Shown here piece after piece: positions 48,023 to 61,189 of a stretch of 64,000 nucleotides of DNA. Each line of letters starts with the position of its first letter. Within the stretch, counting starts at the first letter, position 1. This DNA is from Sarea resinae (Eukaryota): positions 248,001 through 312,000 of the forward strand of contig JAPEUD010000002.1 in assembly GCA_026026165.1 (NCBI GenBank), written 5' to 3'. The notes beneath the pieces are model-generated. The model saw nothing but the letters and a program-made list of their open reading frames with translations, was not told the DNA's origin and made no database searches. The position numbers were made by a program, and so were the translations under genes.

Positions 48023-48471
48023 AACAAAGAAACAAAGAAGCAACAACGTTTCACACAATGCCCATCAGACGTCGCTATTCCGGGTTAGTCTCGACTCACG
48101 ATCTCCTTGTCGGGGGAGGCCAAGAATAGCCGCCGGTGGTCAGCCAACCCTGCAGCCAGTCACAATCACTTTGTCGGTGTTTGAGGCTCAAACAAAGGTT
48201 GGTCAAACTTTGTGGGGTAAGTCGTCTCCTCACCAACGTTTGGCGTGAGGAATCAATCAAGCTCCAATCATTGACTTGCGAAGATGCGATATGAAATCCA
48301 GCATACGGGCCACGATGCTCCGGCGGTCGACGCCAAAGAGACCAGAACGCGTAGTCGTTCAAGAGTCGCACATAACAAGGGGACACCGGGGAGCGCTTGA
48401 CGGTGATGTCCATCTTTCAAAAGCAACTCTGTTGGAGGGAGGGGACAACCTCTTTATCCTTCTCAACAAAG
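48023..48471. promoter_or_regulatory. Cluster of HMG-box (TR-box-like) sites AACAAAG upstream of PRM1
   Basis: AACAAAG at 48023, 48031, 48191 and 48465. The first two form tandem TTCTTTGTTT on the PRM1 sense strand. Confidence 0.5.
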
Positions 48472-50528
48472 GCCCTTGAGGTGGGCGTGATGGTCGTGCA
48501 ACCACTGGGAGTGCTGTTCCGGGAAGCTTTGCTCTCCCGTCTGTCCAGCCGGGCAGAATGCAGAATCCGGAGAATGGCACGGAGCAGCATGGTTGCATAT
48601 GCACAGATCGCCATGTTAGTCATACCCCCTCGTTCGTTCTGAGCTGGGTGTTGATTCTTTGATCCTATTGTTATCGCCCATTGATGATTGACGACCGCCA
48701 ACGTCATCCCGCTGGCAGAGATCCTAGCGCCCTGGACCGTAGCGGACCGACTCTCTACCATACTACTAGCTTGACGCCCATCGTTGAACCATCATTATCC
48801 ATCAGTTCATCGTGATAATTCCTGTCTAGTCCATACCTACGATAGGTACTTTCCTACACTCTAACGACATCCTTCTGCACATCATCTGACTCATGACTCC
48901 TGTCGTCGCATGAGATATTGGGGGACATCATGCCCGTCAATCATCCCTATGGCTGCTGCAGTCCCGTCTATTTCAGGGTTCCGTTTGAGCGCGGCGGCTG
49001 CAAGCGAGGGGCACAGACACGACGCCCAATCGAAGGTTCGATGAAACGACGACCTGAAACACCACCACAACACCACCACATCTCCAGATCAACGTGAGAA
49101 GCTAGCATTGGGCCACGATGCGACCATTGCCTCCAAACCCGCGAAACCGTGACTCATTTGGAAACACAATGTTCCTGCTCTGCGCGGAGATGCGTGCATC
49201 GCCAATCCGTACCATGGTGCTAGCTCAATCTATTGCTGGAAGTCCGAGGTCCAAGAGCCCCATTCAGCAGGTCTTTTCGTTCCGTTCGTTGCCTCTTCTT
49301 AGGCCAAGCCGTTCCATTCTCTCGCGTACGAAGTTACGACTACAGAGGGGGGTTTCCCTGATGGCCTAGTTCTATTGCCCAGTCCTTCTGGCGGTCGACA
49401 TCAACCATTGGGTATTGCGGGCCGTGTCGAAAATTGCAAGTCAACTTGGCTGTAATATTAGTCGTAGCAGTCTTGATACCCTAGAGGCCTTTGGTCTAGG
49501 ACTACATCCAGGCGCAAGGTAACAGAAATGAAGAGAGGCAGAGACAGCATTCACAAGCAATTGCAACACACCATCGCAGGTCAAGATAGCCGTCGAGAGA
49601 TTGGTGATAGGCCTTGAAGCGCGACTGTCTGCTCGTCCTCTGTACCACGTATTTTACACCAATGTTACCATTTTGCCTTCTCGAGAAGCTCTACATTACT
49701 GCCTATGTCCATGCCATTGACCGCCAACATCCACCTTGCTCCCTCTTTTACACAGCCATATGCCCCCGTCCCATACCAGTTGATGTGAATCGTTGCCGTT
49801 CACAGATAGAAGCCGAAACAAGAGAAAGAAGCTCGAGGTCATGGAGAACAGAGAAAAGAGAAAAAAGAAACCATCGAAAGAGACCAAGATAGCACAGATC
49901 GACAAGCACATTGTTCGGGCCATCCAGAGCATCAGAGCTAAGATACACACAAGTCTGGGTCAGCAATGCACACGTGCTGTTCAGCCGTTGTTCATCATGA
50001 CTGCAATTCTCAGTCTCTCAGCATCTCAATTCGCACATCAATCGCACTTCATATCCCATAGCGCAGCGCACTGCAAGTCAAGACGTGAAGCAATATTCAT
50101 CTCAGAGACTTGTCATCTTGTCCGGGTATAGTCCGGCATGGTCCAGATACACTTGCATATCATCAAGCAAGTCAAGGAATAGGTGCAGTCGAAGTCAAGA
50201 GTAGTTGTGCAGCATCTTCCAGATCTCCGGGAACTTTACTTCGATCGGAAAAGGAATGGATATACCACCGAGAGATCGAAGGCAATCCAAGACTCCTAAA
50301 CTCCACATGGCGGCCCAGTGGACAAGCAAGCTCACATTGCTCCAAGCAACCTTCCAAGGCAAGGAGCTCATTCCTTTCATATTCAACACCAGAGTTCAGC
50401 ATCACCACGTTTGATCTCCAGCATAACGGTCATAATCATGCATGCAGACATCAGTCCAGGTATCAGTCGGCAAATGGTCTCAGGCGAGTCAAGACGTCAA
50501 GATCACAGCCGGCAATTCAAGCTCTCCA

Positions 50529-52462
50529 TCACGCGGTTCCGGGTGGTTTTGGCTGCTCACCTTGGCCCTGACCCTGTTGTTGCTGTTGGGCCATGGCGGC
50601 ATACCACATAGCCAGATAGGCCTGATAACCACCATACGGGGCATACGGGTCAGCACCATCATCAGCAGCTGGTGTACCAGATCCTGCTGCTTGTGTTTGA
50701 TAAGCCTGAGCGGCACCTTGTTGGCCATAAGGCTGTTGAGAATGTGAGTATCGGTCACTGTGAGAGTCATTCTGGCGCCCTGGTCCGCCTCCACCACCGC
50801 CTCCGCGATTCTTCTGTTGCTGAGATTTGTTAGCAGACAGAAACATAAAATTAACAGACGGGACCTACCACTGCGTCCACCTTTTCCATGATGGCTACTT
50901 TTGCAGCTTCGATGGAACTTCTGGTTCCTACCAGGCCAATCTCTCGTTCAAAGTCTTGAGGACCTGATGCTTGCGCTACATTCACTTTGCAGCCAGTCGT
51001 GTTTTGCATTTCTTTGATCGTTTCCCCACCTGAGAGAGGTTAGCCTCATCGGATGATGAATTCGACACAGCTGGCTTATACCTTTGCCGATAATCATTCC
51101 AACTGCCTCGGATGGTACAAGGATGGTGTCATTGACTTTGTCTCCAGATTGACTGTCACCTCCACCATATCCGCCATGGCCTGTAGGACGCACGGATTCT
51201 CGTGCAGGGGCAGCTGCCTGGTTTGCCGAGTTCTTCGTATCGCTTTCTACTATTTCCATGATGAGATCCTTTGCTGACGATGCAGCTTGTGCACTACCGA
51301 TTAGGTTCACCGGCCGCAGACCATTAACGCTCTTTGATTCGCCGACGATATTTATATGGCATCCACTTCGCTCTTGGAGATCTCGGATTGTCTCCCCTCC
51401 ACGGCCAATGATCAGGCCAACAGTGCGATCCGGGACCATGATTTGCATACTGTCTTCACCCTCTCTAAGAGCTGGTTGGTGGCCGGGTGCTGCTCTTGGC
51501 GCACGCGCACCACGATCAATGGGGACACCTCCAGTCTTGCTGCTGTTCTCATCGATAATCCTGTAGATTTCCGTTTTGGCTTCAGCCCTTGCGGAACGAG
51601 TCCCAGTAATCTTGCACTGCCGAATTGGGCCGCTAGCATCTGGGCCAGTCACAAATTGCACTCTTGTACCCGTCTCACTTTCGACACGTCTAAGATTTTC
51701 TCCTTGTCGGCCAATAATCAAGCCCACGAGGTTGGCTTCGATAGAAATAGTCTCCACGTTGTCACCGTCGGCGGCGCCTCCACGTCCAGGAGGTGACTTG
51801 TAGCCGCGGCCAGGGGGGGGAGAAAATGTACTGGTAGGTCGCCCACGCGGACCAGGCGAATAAGATGGCTCTCGTCCATATTCACGACCATTTGCGCGGC
51901 GATCGTCACGACGTTCATCACGGTATGGGTTGTAATTGTCGCGGAAGTTCTCTCTGGAGATGCGAGCGGGAGAGCGAGACCGCGAGCGGGAGCGTCGATA
52001 CGATCTGCTGCCAGCCAACCTGGGATCACCTTTTCGTTTGTTCGTGATGAGCATAAATCCTATGAGTATCCAGATACGGCAACAGGTTACTCACCACCAC
52101 TACGTCCTCCGTCATAAGGCGCGCCCTTCTCTGCGGCGATACCTCTTGCTTTCGCAATGGCATCAGTAAGACTTACGGAGCCCGAGTTGATGGGCTTTAT
52201 ACTGCTGAGATCGAGAGCGCCGGTATTTGTAGGCTGGGGCAAAGCATAGCCGCCAAACCCAGCTGGAGGCGTTGAAGTTGCCAGCCCGGCGGAAAATCCT
52301 TGAGGAAGGCCAGGCTGTTGCGCCGACGGGGGGGCCTGAGAAGGAGTACTACCCGGACGCTGAGCAGCTAGTAGGGAGACGGTCAGCGAAACCGAATTAT
52401 AATGAGACTTCAGATATACCTAAAGCCGCCAGTATTGACGAAATGTTTGGCTGTTCTGCCAT
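50529..52462 (-). CDS. KH-domain RNA-binding protein (FUBP/far-upstream-element-binding-like); multi-exon
   Basis: Start MAEQPNISSILAAL, then an RS-rich segment. Three KH domains (VGLIIGRQGENL, VGLIIGRGGETI, VGMIIGK/GGETI). C-terminal DPYAPYGGYQAYLAMW. Confidence 0.92.
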
Positions 52463-54233
52463 TGTTTGAGACCTCAGCAGGCCGACTTATTGGCGCGTGA
52501 GTGCGCTTTCTGGAGCGCGGACGGTGAATGATTCAGGTCCAATTCAATGCGACGACTGTGATGCAGAAAGATAATTTTGATGCAGTCGGCAATCGCGGTT
52601 TGCTCGAGTTCCTGAGATATGGGAGGAATACGATTGGAGCCGCCTGGAGGGAGGCCGGTAATGATGTGATGAAGCAATTCTGTCCCAGTGACATGGAAGC
52701 TTCAGGGTTTGCGACTGACTGTCGCTACGGCGGACTGGGAGTCCAGACATGCAGGTGGAGAGGCTTCAGCTGGTAGGTACGTACCTATCCTTTGGGATAA
52801 GCGAGAAATCGTTGCGGCTGATGCTACCTAAAGTGGCAGTTCAAGCGATTGGCTGTGGTAGGCAGGGACAACCGTCATCCATCGATTCACATCATTGATC
52901 TCTATCTGTTAACTCCCGTCTCCTGTTATGGATGTCTCTTGTCACCGTCACGATGTCTCCATTCACTCTCGAAAAGAAGCTGTTCCAGTTGCTCGGAAGG
53001 GAATGAATCAATAGAAGGGAAAGTAGGGGAAGGCAGTCTTCCAACTCTTTTTTTGACAATTTCTACTACTCTACCAGCCTAGAAAGACTGCGCTGGGATT
53101 ACTGTGTGTCTCAATGCTTTTCGATGATTTCTGAATCCTTCCCCTGCTTTTCAATATGTCTTTGGCGATGTACAGCTATAGGAGGAGGGCTTGGTGCTCA
53201 GCATCTGTTTAATTGTCTTATGTGAACCAAAACGATTGAATTGATGCCATCCCCTGTTTTCGGTACATATTGCTGCTGGTATGAGTCGCGATCTTGTGAG
53301 ATTACTGCTAGCCTTTCCCCAGATGGGCTCGGCGAGCTCGATCGGGACGAAAAGGACATAACATTACAGGCAGCTAGGCTTTGTCTTCCCATGAAAACTG
53401 ACCATATGTGCCTGCTATCGGTTCTCTAATTTGGCTGAAGCTGCGTTTACAAAGACTTTATATCCTTATGGCGCTTCTCTACTTACTGCCGCTCCTATCT
53501 CCTCAATTGATATGCATCTCTCTCAACCGCAACACTCACGGTGGAGAAGGTTTTGTCACACTAAGCAGCTACAGCTACCTTCTCTGTCCGAATCCTTCTG
53601 CAGCAAGCTCGGTATATATTTCTCGGCAGGCCGCCTCCTACTCCTCTATCCATCTTGAGAGTTCCAGTACTCTTCGATTATAGACATGACCACGGTGGAC
53701 GAGAGGTTTCCGAAAGACATCGACCATGGCGATGGCTATACTGGTAGGCAGTTTTGGACTCAGGGGCTATTGGATTCAGTGAAGCAGTAAGAATTGGCCA
53801 TCTCACACCTGTTCATGTGGTAGCTGTTTATTTAGCCGAAGCTGTGCATTCATAGACAAGATGCTCTACTAATCTGGGCTCACGGTGAATCATAAGCTCT
53901 CATCGCTTCGGCAACTCACTCAAAATGATAGCACTCTCTTGAAACCCACAAAGGTGGACCTCTTCTGATCTCGTTCTCTTTGACTGCCATACTTGCACAT
54001 TCTCTCTCTCACTGCTCTTGAGTAAACATCACCACCTCTTTGTGCTCAATCCTCAAGCTCTACCCCTTACTATCAACATCCACAGCCTTCCCTTGTTACC
54101 ATTCTTCGTGTTTGGTCTCGATAACAAAGATTATCACCACCGCGACCTCTCATAGAGCTGACGGTGTTCTGCCGAATCGGTCTCTGCGCACAACCACGGC
54201 AAGAAGCGTCAGATTTCTGCCGCATCGGTCACT

Positions 54234-57200
54234 ATGGACGACCACGATAGCTTCAGTTCAGTTAATTCATCGACAGAACTCGCCATGCCCACTCCATCTC
54301 AAAGCGAGGACGAATACTCGCCAATTGATTTCTACGAACCTCGCATCCTTGAACTGAGCGACGCTGATGAAGCCAACCCAACCAACTCCTCTACTTTTCC
54401 AAGCACTGCTGAGCTGCTACAGAGATCTCTAGATCAGCTTCCTGAAGAGCAACCTTCTGGCCATACTTTGGAAGAGGGCTCAATCATCGAGGTCTTCCCA
54501 AATCAGTCTTGGAGAGTCTCATCACCCCCACCTCAGACCATCACTGAGTCCTACGGCGAGGCATCTGAACTTGATCAGTCCGAAAATAACGTTCAAGATC
54601 ATCAAATTTGGGCCCGATACCCTGACCAGAATCCCTCACCGTCTTCTACCGACAATCCTATCGAGGACAACGCGTTCTACAGAACTTTACGACCCGAAAC
54701 GGACGTTGTTGAACCTATTACTTCTCTTGTTCGCTCCGCACCCGTAAGACCATTTCGACCTCCCACCATCGATACTTCCTTTTCGTCAATATTCCGAGTA
54801 GTCTTCAACCTCAAAGAAGACTTTAGGAACGAGGATCTCTACGTGGTCGTCGACGAGTCAACGCCCTCTTACCAACTACTGATCTGGACGTTCGCTGGCA
54901 TGGACGGCGATCATTCTCACTTCATCCCCCTCGGGGATGAGTCTTTCGGAAAGCCAATCGTAAGCTCATTCCTTTGATCACTCATTTGCTATTACTAACT
55001 CAGCCAAGCGAGAGATTGTGGCTGCACAGGCGGATGTGCAGAGAGCGGTGCGGGCCCGCGATCTCCAAATCGAGAGAGGGGAGATCGAGGGCGTTATGTC
55101 CACCTGGTGGCTTCCAATCAAGGAAGCCAGCCGGCGCAAGAAAGCGTCGGCCGAGGCCGAGGCCAGAGCGGCCACGGCTCGGAAGGAGTTGGGCGCTGCT
55201 CCGGAGAGGGAGCACGCGGCCCCCCAGCTGTCCGAGCCTGGCCGCTCGGATAAGAAGGCCAAGAACAAGGCCAAAAAGAACGCGGCCAAGGGCAAAGGCA
55301 AGGCCAAGCAGGTCGAGAGTGGCGAGGTGACTATTACTGCAGTATCTTGTCTTTGGTGCTTGACTAACGGACGATATCTCTAGGATGGACAGGCCAGTCC
55401 AAATGAAGGTTCTTCTCCCGTAGAGGAGTTCAAATTCAACTTTGCATCTGACGAGGCGGCCAAGTCGACTACTGGCAAGGAATCGTCCCATGAACGTGCG
55501 TCGTCTGTTGAAGCACCTCTATCTGGCTTCGTGACTGAAATGCAGGACCATGTGATCTTACTCAACCCGCACCTAGTTGAGAAGAACGATGCTCAAGTGA
55601 GCGAGCCTGTCACAGAGACATCCACTCAAGGCAATAAAGTTTCCGAAGTCTTGTCTACGGTTTCTACTGAAGAAGCTCCGCCTATGTCTAAATCCCAAAA
55701 GAAAAAGGCCAAGAAGTCTAAGAAAGCTGCGAAGAATGGGGAGACACTTTTGGAGCTGGAAGCAAAGAAAGTTTCGGATGCTCAAACTGAAGATCATAAG
55801 ACCGCGCCCGAAGTGGCTGGGGAGAAAGACTTTGCGAAGACCTCAGTCAAGTCTGCGCCTGGAGTGACTGGAGACAATGTTACAGTGAATGCTTCGGCAG
55901 TAGCTTCCAAACGTCAAAAAGCTGGGAAGCGCGACCGGAAGAAGAAGCGCGTTGTCTTTGACGTGTCGGGCGGTGAATCATCTGCGTCTGGCAGCAAGCT
56001 TTCAGAATCAACTCCACGAGACGCGCCGAATGATCTCAATCTGTCAGTTCAACCTTTGACATCAACCCCGATTTCTCGAACAGCAGTCAACAAACTTTAC
56101 TCCAGCATGACCAAACGTATGGAGGATGACACGGTCCAGGAAGGTTGGCAGAAAGTCGAACCCAGTCCTAAATTCTCTAAGAAAGCATACAAGAAGAGTG
56201 ATGCAAAGGGCAAGCAGGTTGAGAATAATGAAGTCCAAGAGAAGCAGATTCAGGGCAAATCCGCAGACGGAAAACAAATTGATGAGAATGTCTCTCAGCC
56301 TACTGGCACTGGGAAACCCAAACCGAAGCGATCGGGTCCTAAGCCACCGAACAAGCAGACTCCGAAACAGCCCAAGGACAAATCCGATGGAAAACTAGCC
56401 ACGCAAGTCCCTAAATTTTCCTTGAAAACAGAGGAGTTTCCTGCTCTTCCGGGATCACCCATTGCAAAGACGGCGAACATTAAGATCGAACACGACGTTG
56501 AAGCTTCCTCGGGTATTCAGAAGCCGGCAGTCACTACCACTGAGGATAGCCCAATCACTCAAGAGAAAGAGACCTCTAAGACAGTAGCGACTGACGACAG
56601 CAAACTTCAAGCTAGTCAGAAGGTCCCATCAAGCAGTACTCTACAGAAGGTTTCATCCAAGGAAGTTCAGGCACCTGCCGAGAAGATTCTGAACGTCGAG
56701 AAATTATCATCGTCCAAAGAAACCAAGTCTGATAGCGTTGAGCGCAAGGACATCGCAAAGACAACTCCGTCTACAAAGACTGTGGCTTCAGGCACCAAGC
56801 CAATCCAGACTGGCGACAAGCCATCTTCATCCAAGACTGTTCAGCCAAAAGAAGCATCCCAGGAAAAACCTAAGGAAGCATCTAAACACATTGATTCCAA
56901 TGCCAAGGCAATTGAAGTCATCGAGAAGGCAGCGCCACCAGAGGCTGGTCATCCAAAGGAATCATCCCACAACGATAAAGCAGCTAGCAAGCAGCACATT
57001 GGTGAAAACATTGATACACCAAAGAACGAATCTGCTGGTGCTGCATCAATTACGACCATCCCTCAAAAGCCCACCACTGCAGTACAGCGAAGCAGCCGCA
57101 CGACTGGCGTATTGGTGTCAGGAGTCCGTCAATGCCGCGATGCTTCAACACAAACCGACCCGCTTCCCAAAAAGCATGTTCACGAACGCGCGCCCACCGT

Positions 57201-58395
57201 TGCCCAAGTGCACAAGTACACTCATCCATCGCCCGCGCCCATCTCCACTGTACAAGACAGCAACTCCCATGAAGGCCAGGCAGCGGAGCTCACGCTCGAA
57301 GAGCAAGTCCCATCTGACCCACGCAACGATCCCAATCGCCAGGCCATCGAACGCCCAGACCCCCCAATGCACCGGTTCGAGCAGCTCAACCACGTGTGCA
57401 CCCTGCCATCCTGCGGTAAAGCCCTGCTCGACATGGATCCGGGCACGCTCATCTGCCTCAACTGCGGTCCTTACTCAGACACGCGCTACTGCAGCACGGA
57501 ACACCGCTTTGCAGACGCCACGCGCCACTGGGATGAGTGCAGTCTGGCCCCGTACCAATTCGTATTCGACGCCGGCTCCACCCCCGAGCATTTCTTCGCC
57601 TACTGCCCGATGCTGCTGAACAAGCACAGCCACAGCAACACGCATCTCTTCCGGCAGCAGCTGTACAGCATGCACCGGCCCGGGTGCGACTACGCCATCT
57701 TCGAAGACTTCGTCAAAGACCAGTACCTGGACGAGGACGAAGCCGCCGAGCCGCAAACGCCCACGACCAAGCTGACCGTCGTCGTGCTCTGGGAACCCGA
57801 CGACCCGGTCAAAGACATGTTCAACCGGCTGCTGAACGTCGCCATCTTCGACCACACCCTCGTGCGCGTCGTGCATTTCCTGTGGCGCTTCCTGCGTCAG
57901 ACCCTGCGCGCCCGCGGCCTCTGGACCACGCGCGTCAGCTACGAGCTCAATTTCCAGTTCAGCTACGAGTTCATGGTCACGCCGATGATGGCCGACTTCA
58001 GTGAGGCGGACGTCGACGTCGCGCAGGAGTGGGAGGCCGATGGCAGCCCGGCTGGCTTGAGGGCTTTGTGTGAGCGCATGGAGGCCCAGGAGTGGATGTT
58101 GAGGATCTGGCGCCGCAATCATCCGACTGAGAGGAAGTGGCATCGCCGCATGTGGGGCTATGGCTTCCCTGGCGTAGAGGAGAGTGCCTTGCAGGGCTTC
58201 CCCATGGGCGAGGGCTGGGATGGCTGGACGTTCACTGATTGCGATATTCCTGGCCATGTGTGGTATACCGGCGGTCATGCCTCGTCTTCCCATCAAGAAA
58301 TGGTACAGGGGTCTGAGATTGAGGTTGGTGACGAGGAAGGAGACTTGCCTGATGAACAAGATGGTGGTCAGGCGGACGCAGCCTCTGATGAGTAG
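54234..58395 (+). CDS. Large low-complexity protein with C-terminal MYND-like Cys/His domain, unknown function; probably 3 exons
   Basis: ORF segments 54234-54959, 55009-55326 and 55384-58395 join in frame via introns with GT donors and CTAAC branch points. Zinc-finger-like CTLPSC..ICLNCGPYSDTRYCSTEH..HWDEC. Confidence 0.7.
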
Positions 58396-58794
58396 ACAAA
58401 GAAGTTGTCTGCTAGGAATCGATGATCGCTCGGCTTGCTCTTATTGAATGGAAAGTTAGTTCCGAGATTTGGAACGCTGAAGCTGCAACTGGATACGGTA
58501 CGACTTTCTGGAACGCACAGCACAGACAACAAGCACAAGCACTCTTGGGACGATCTTTCGACGAAGAAACTTTCTAGGCAGCGGTAGCGTTCTATTGGGT
58601 CTAAGATAATCGAATCCATATCTCTGCTCGTCTCTCCAGAGAGCTCGGTCCTTTCGTCCACTCCACTTCGGCTTCTTTCCATTCTCCCCGAAGCCGCTCA
58701 TACGGCAAAGCAGCAACAACCGCCAATCAACCAACTCCTGAGCCCGTCTTCTTTTTTCCCCGTTTCTAGTCATTTCCGTGCGAGCCGTGGATTC

Positions 58795-61189
58795 TCAGTC
58801 GACGATGTACTTCTTCAGTCCTCGCAAGCGCTCCTTGGCCTCCTCCAGCACGGCGTCTTCCTTGCAGACCGCAAATCGGAGATAGTCTTCCACGATGTGC
58901 TCGTTCTCGTCGGTGTAGAATTCTGCAGTTTCAAAGGACGGTTAGCCATCAGGTACCTACTGAAATCAAAATTGGTACTGTTCGCGCGTCTCGACGGCTG
59001 TCGGCTCCAACTGGAGATCCTTCAACCTCGGCCCTACTCCGCTTGACTCCTCTTTTCTTTTTCTCGTTTCTTTTCTTACAAAAGTGGGTAATTGGAGCGG
59101 CGAGCCAAAACAAAAAAAACCTTTTTTACTCTTTTCCTGGTACTCCCGATAGATAATAGCGAACAATGAAAAGCAAAATTCACAAAAAATGGTTTACGAG
59201 GAAAATGAGTGATCGAGTGGGTGGGAGAAAAAGACGTACCGGTAGGTGGAATGGCCGCGACCCCAACCTCCATGATCATGAACCAGCTGAGTTTGAAGTC
59301 TCGCGGTCGATTGGCCACCTGCGGGGGGAACTTGTAGTCGGCCGGTAACTTGACCTTTTTCATGTTGACGAGGACGAAGTAGCCGCCTTCGGGGTCGGAG
59401 TACTAGATAAAAGCGCACTGGTTAGCCTACTAGGTAGGTAGATTCGGTTTGCTTGTTCTATTCATGCTGGTAAAGAAGCAAGTAGACAAAAGGGGAAAGG
59501 GAGGAAGCGAGAAAAACAGTCGTCGAAAGCAAGCAAGAAAGAAAGAACGAAGGAAACAAAGGAAACAAAAGCTCACAGGCAAGCCCAACTCAGCCCAGAC
59601 CTCATTGAAGCGATCCATCTTGCCCTTCATCTCGGCGCGGGCCTCTTGCCAGAAACCCTGGGCGTCGGCCTGCTCGAAGCCGATGGCCGTCGCTTCCTGC
59701 AGCGGGCTGACGCTGCTGTAGCAGATGCGCGTGTGGGCCGCCGCCACGTATTTGATGAGGTGCGGCGGGCCGATCAGCCAGCCGACCCGCCAGCCCGTGG
59801 CGTAGAAGTTCTTGCCGCCCGAGCCGACGGTCAGCGTTTGCGAGTAGAGCTGGGGTGAAAGCGTCGCGATGCGCGTGAATTCGCTGTAGTAGAGGCGGTC
59901 GTAGACCTGGTGGGTGGGCGTAGAGGGTCAGTGGGCGCCCTTTATGTGTACGTCTGTGGCAGAGGAAAAGGGGGAGGGGAAGAGGGGGGGAATGTTGTAC
60001 TTCGTCGGAGAGAATGATGGTGTTGTTTTTTATGCAGAGGTCCCCAACGGCTTCGAGCTCTTCGCGCGAGTAGACTTTGCCGACGGGGTTGTGTCTGTGA
60101 GATATTAGTCCCTATAGAAGAGTTCAGGGGAAAAACGGGGGCGGCCGGAATCATACGGGGAGTTGAGAACCTAGACTTATAGATTAGCTACAACAAGGAA
60201 TTCACAGTTTAAGTTCGAAAACCTACAATCATCTTCGTCTTCGGATTTATAGCCGCCTTCAACTGATCGAAATCAATCTTCCATTCCGCAGCCGAAGACG
60301 TCTTTGTGGCTCCTGTCTTGGGCGGATGCATTGGCACGTATACGATTTTCCCACCGGCCATTTCGATGTTGCTAATGTATCTTCGCGCAGATGTTAGCAT
60401 TGGTGTGCTATAGATTCTGTGGAGAGTATGCGCTTACTGGTCGAAGAAGGGCTCGAATAGGATGACTTCGTCTCCAGGCTCAACGAAGGCCATGAACGCG
60501 CTCAGCATGCCTACAAATACATCTCAGTCCTTGCAGCCCCTAAAAATCCTCGTTCGGAATATTTACCCTCATTGGCGCCTGTGGTGATGGTGATTTCGGT
60601 CTCGGGATTGAGTTGCTTGCCAAAGAAGGGCGAGTATGCGTCCGCTAAGGCTTTCTTTAGCCGTGGACGTCCCTATCATCCTTTCAGCATCCATGATATC
60701 ATCCTACGAGATCTCCAGCGGATGGGGCGTATCTACTTTGGTCGGCGAATACTGGTTGCAGTCGACCCGATTCAGGGCTTCTTTGGCGGCGTCAAGGACA
60801 AATTGAGGGGGGTTGTACCCGCTAGGATATCTGTCAATACGGTCTCAGATTATTCAATCTGTATATCTCTCACAAGAAACCTTGCCCCATGTTCACGATT
60901 GGCTGCACAGGGGAAGTGAGCGCGGCCTCGTTGACCATGGACCTGTGGGATGCGATTAGTACATATCGCCCGCCAAATCGGAGCGTATTTCCTACCAGAC
61001 ATCTTGCTTCTGGCCCGCGACACGTGCCGCCGGCTTGAAAAGTTCTGCGTCCGAAGCCATGGCGCGAGAGATCGAGAAGGATCGTGGAGAAGGAAAGCCT
61101 GACAAGCGGAGTGGATGCGGCCTGCGCAGCTGGATCGAGGAGAGATATGAGCTTGCTTGCCGTGTAACGCGTGCCCCCAAGAGCCTCAT
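58795..61189 (-). CDS. BNA3: Kynurenine aminotransferase (class I/II PLP aminotransferase); multi-exon
   Basis: Motifs FKPAARVAGQKQDVW, IVNMGQGF, ITTGANEG, FEPFFDQY, VLNSPHNPVGK, ILSDEVY, GSGGKNFYATGWRVGW, GVAAIPP and LRFAVCK. Confidence 0.93.

Noticed and set aside
48096..50500. Many short ORFs between PRM1 and the KH gene
   Set aside because: No coherent exon chain or family similarity. Treated as regulatory and UTR sequence.
50948..51081. Intron-retained KH protein frame ends in SRL, a PTS1-like signal
   Set aside because: It arises only from reading through a normal GT-AG intron and truncates the third KH domain. Most likely chance.
57475..58359. 294 aa minus-strand ORF, and similar antisense ORFs over DPH1, MGS1 and the MFS gene
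   Set aside because: Expected by-product of high GC3 codon usage on the coding strand.
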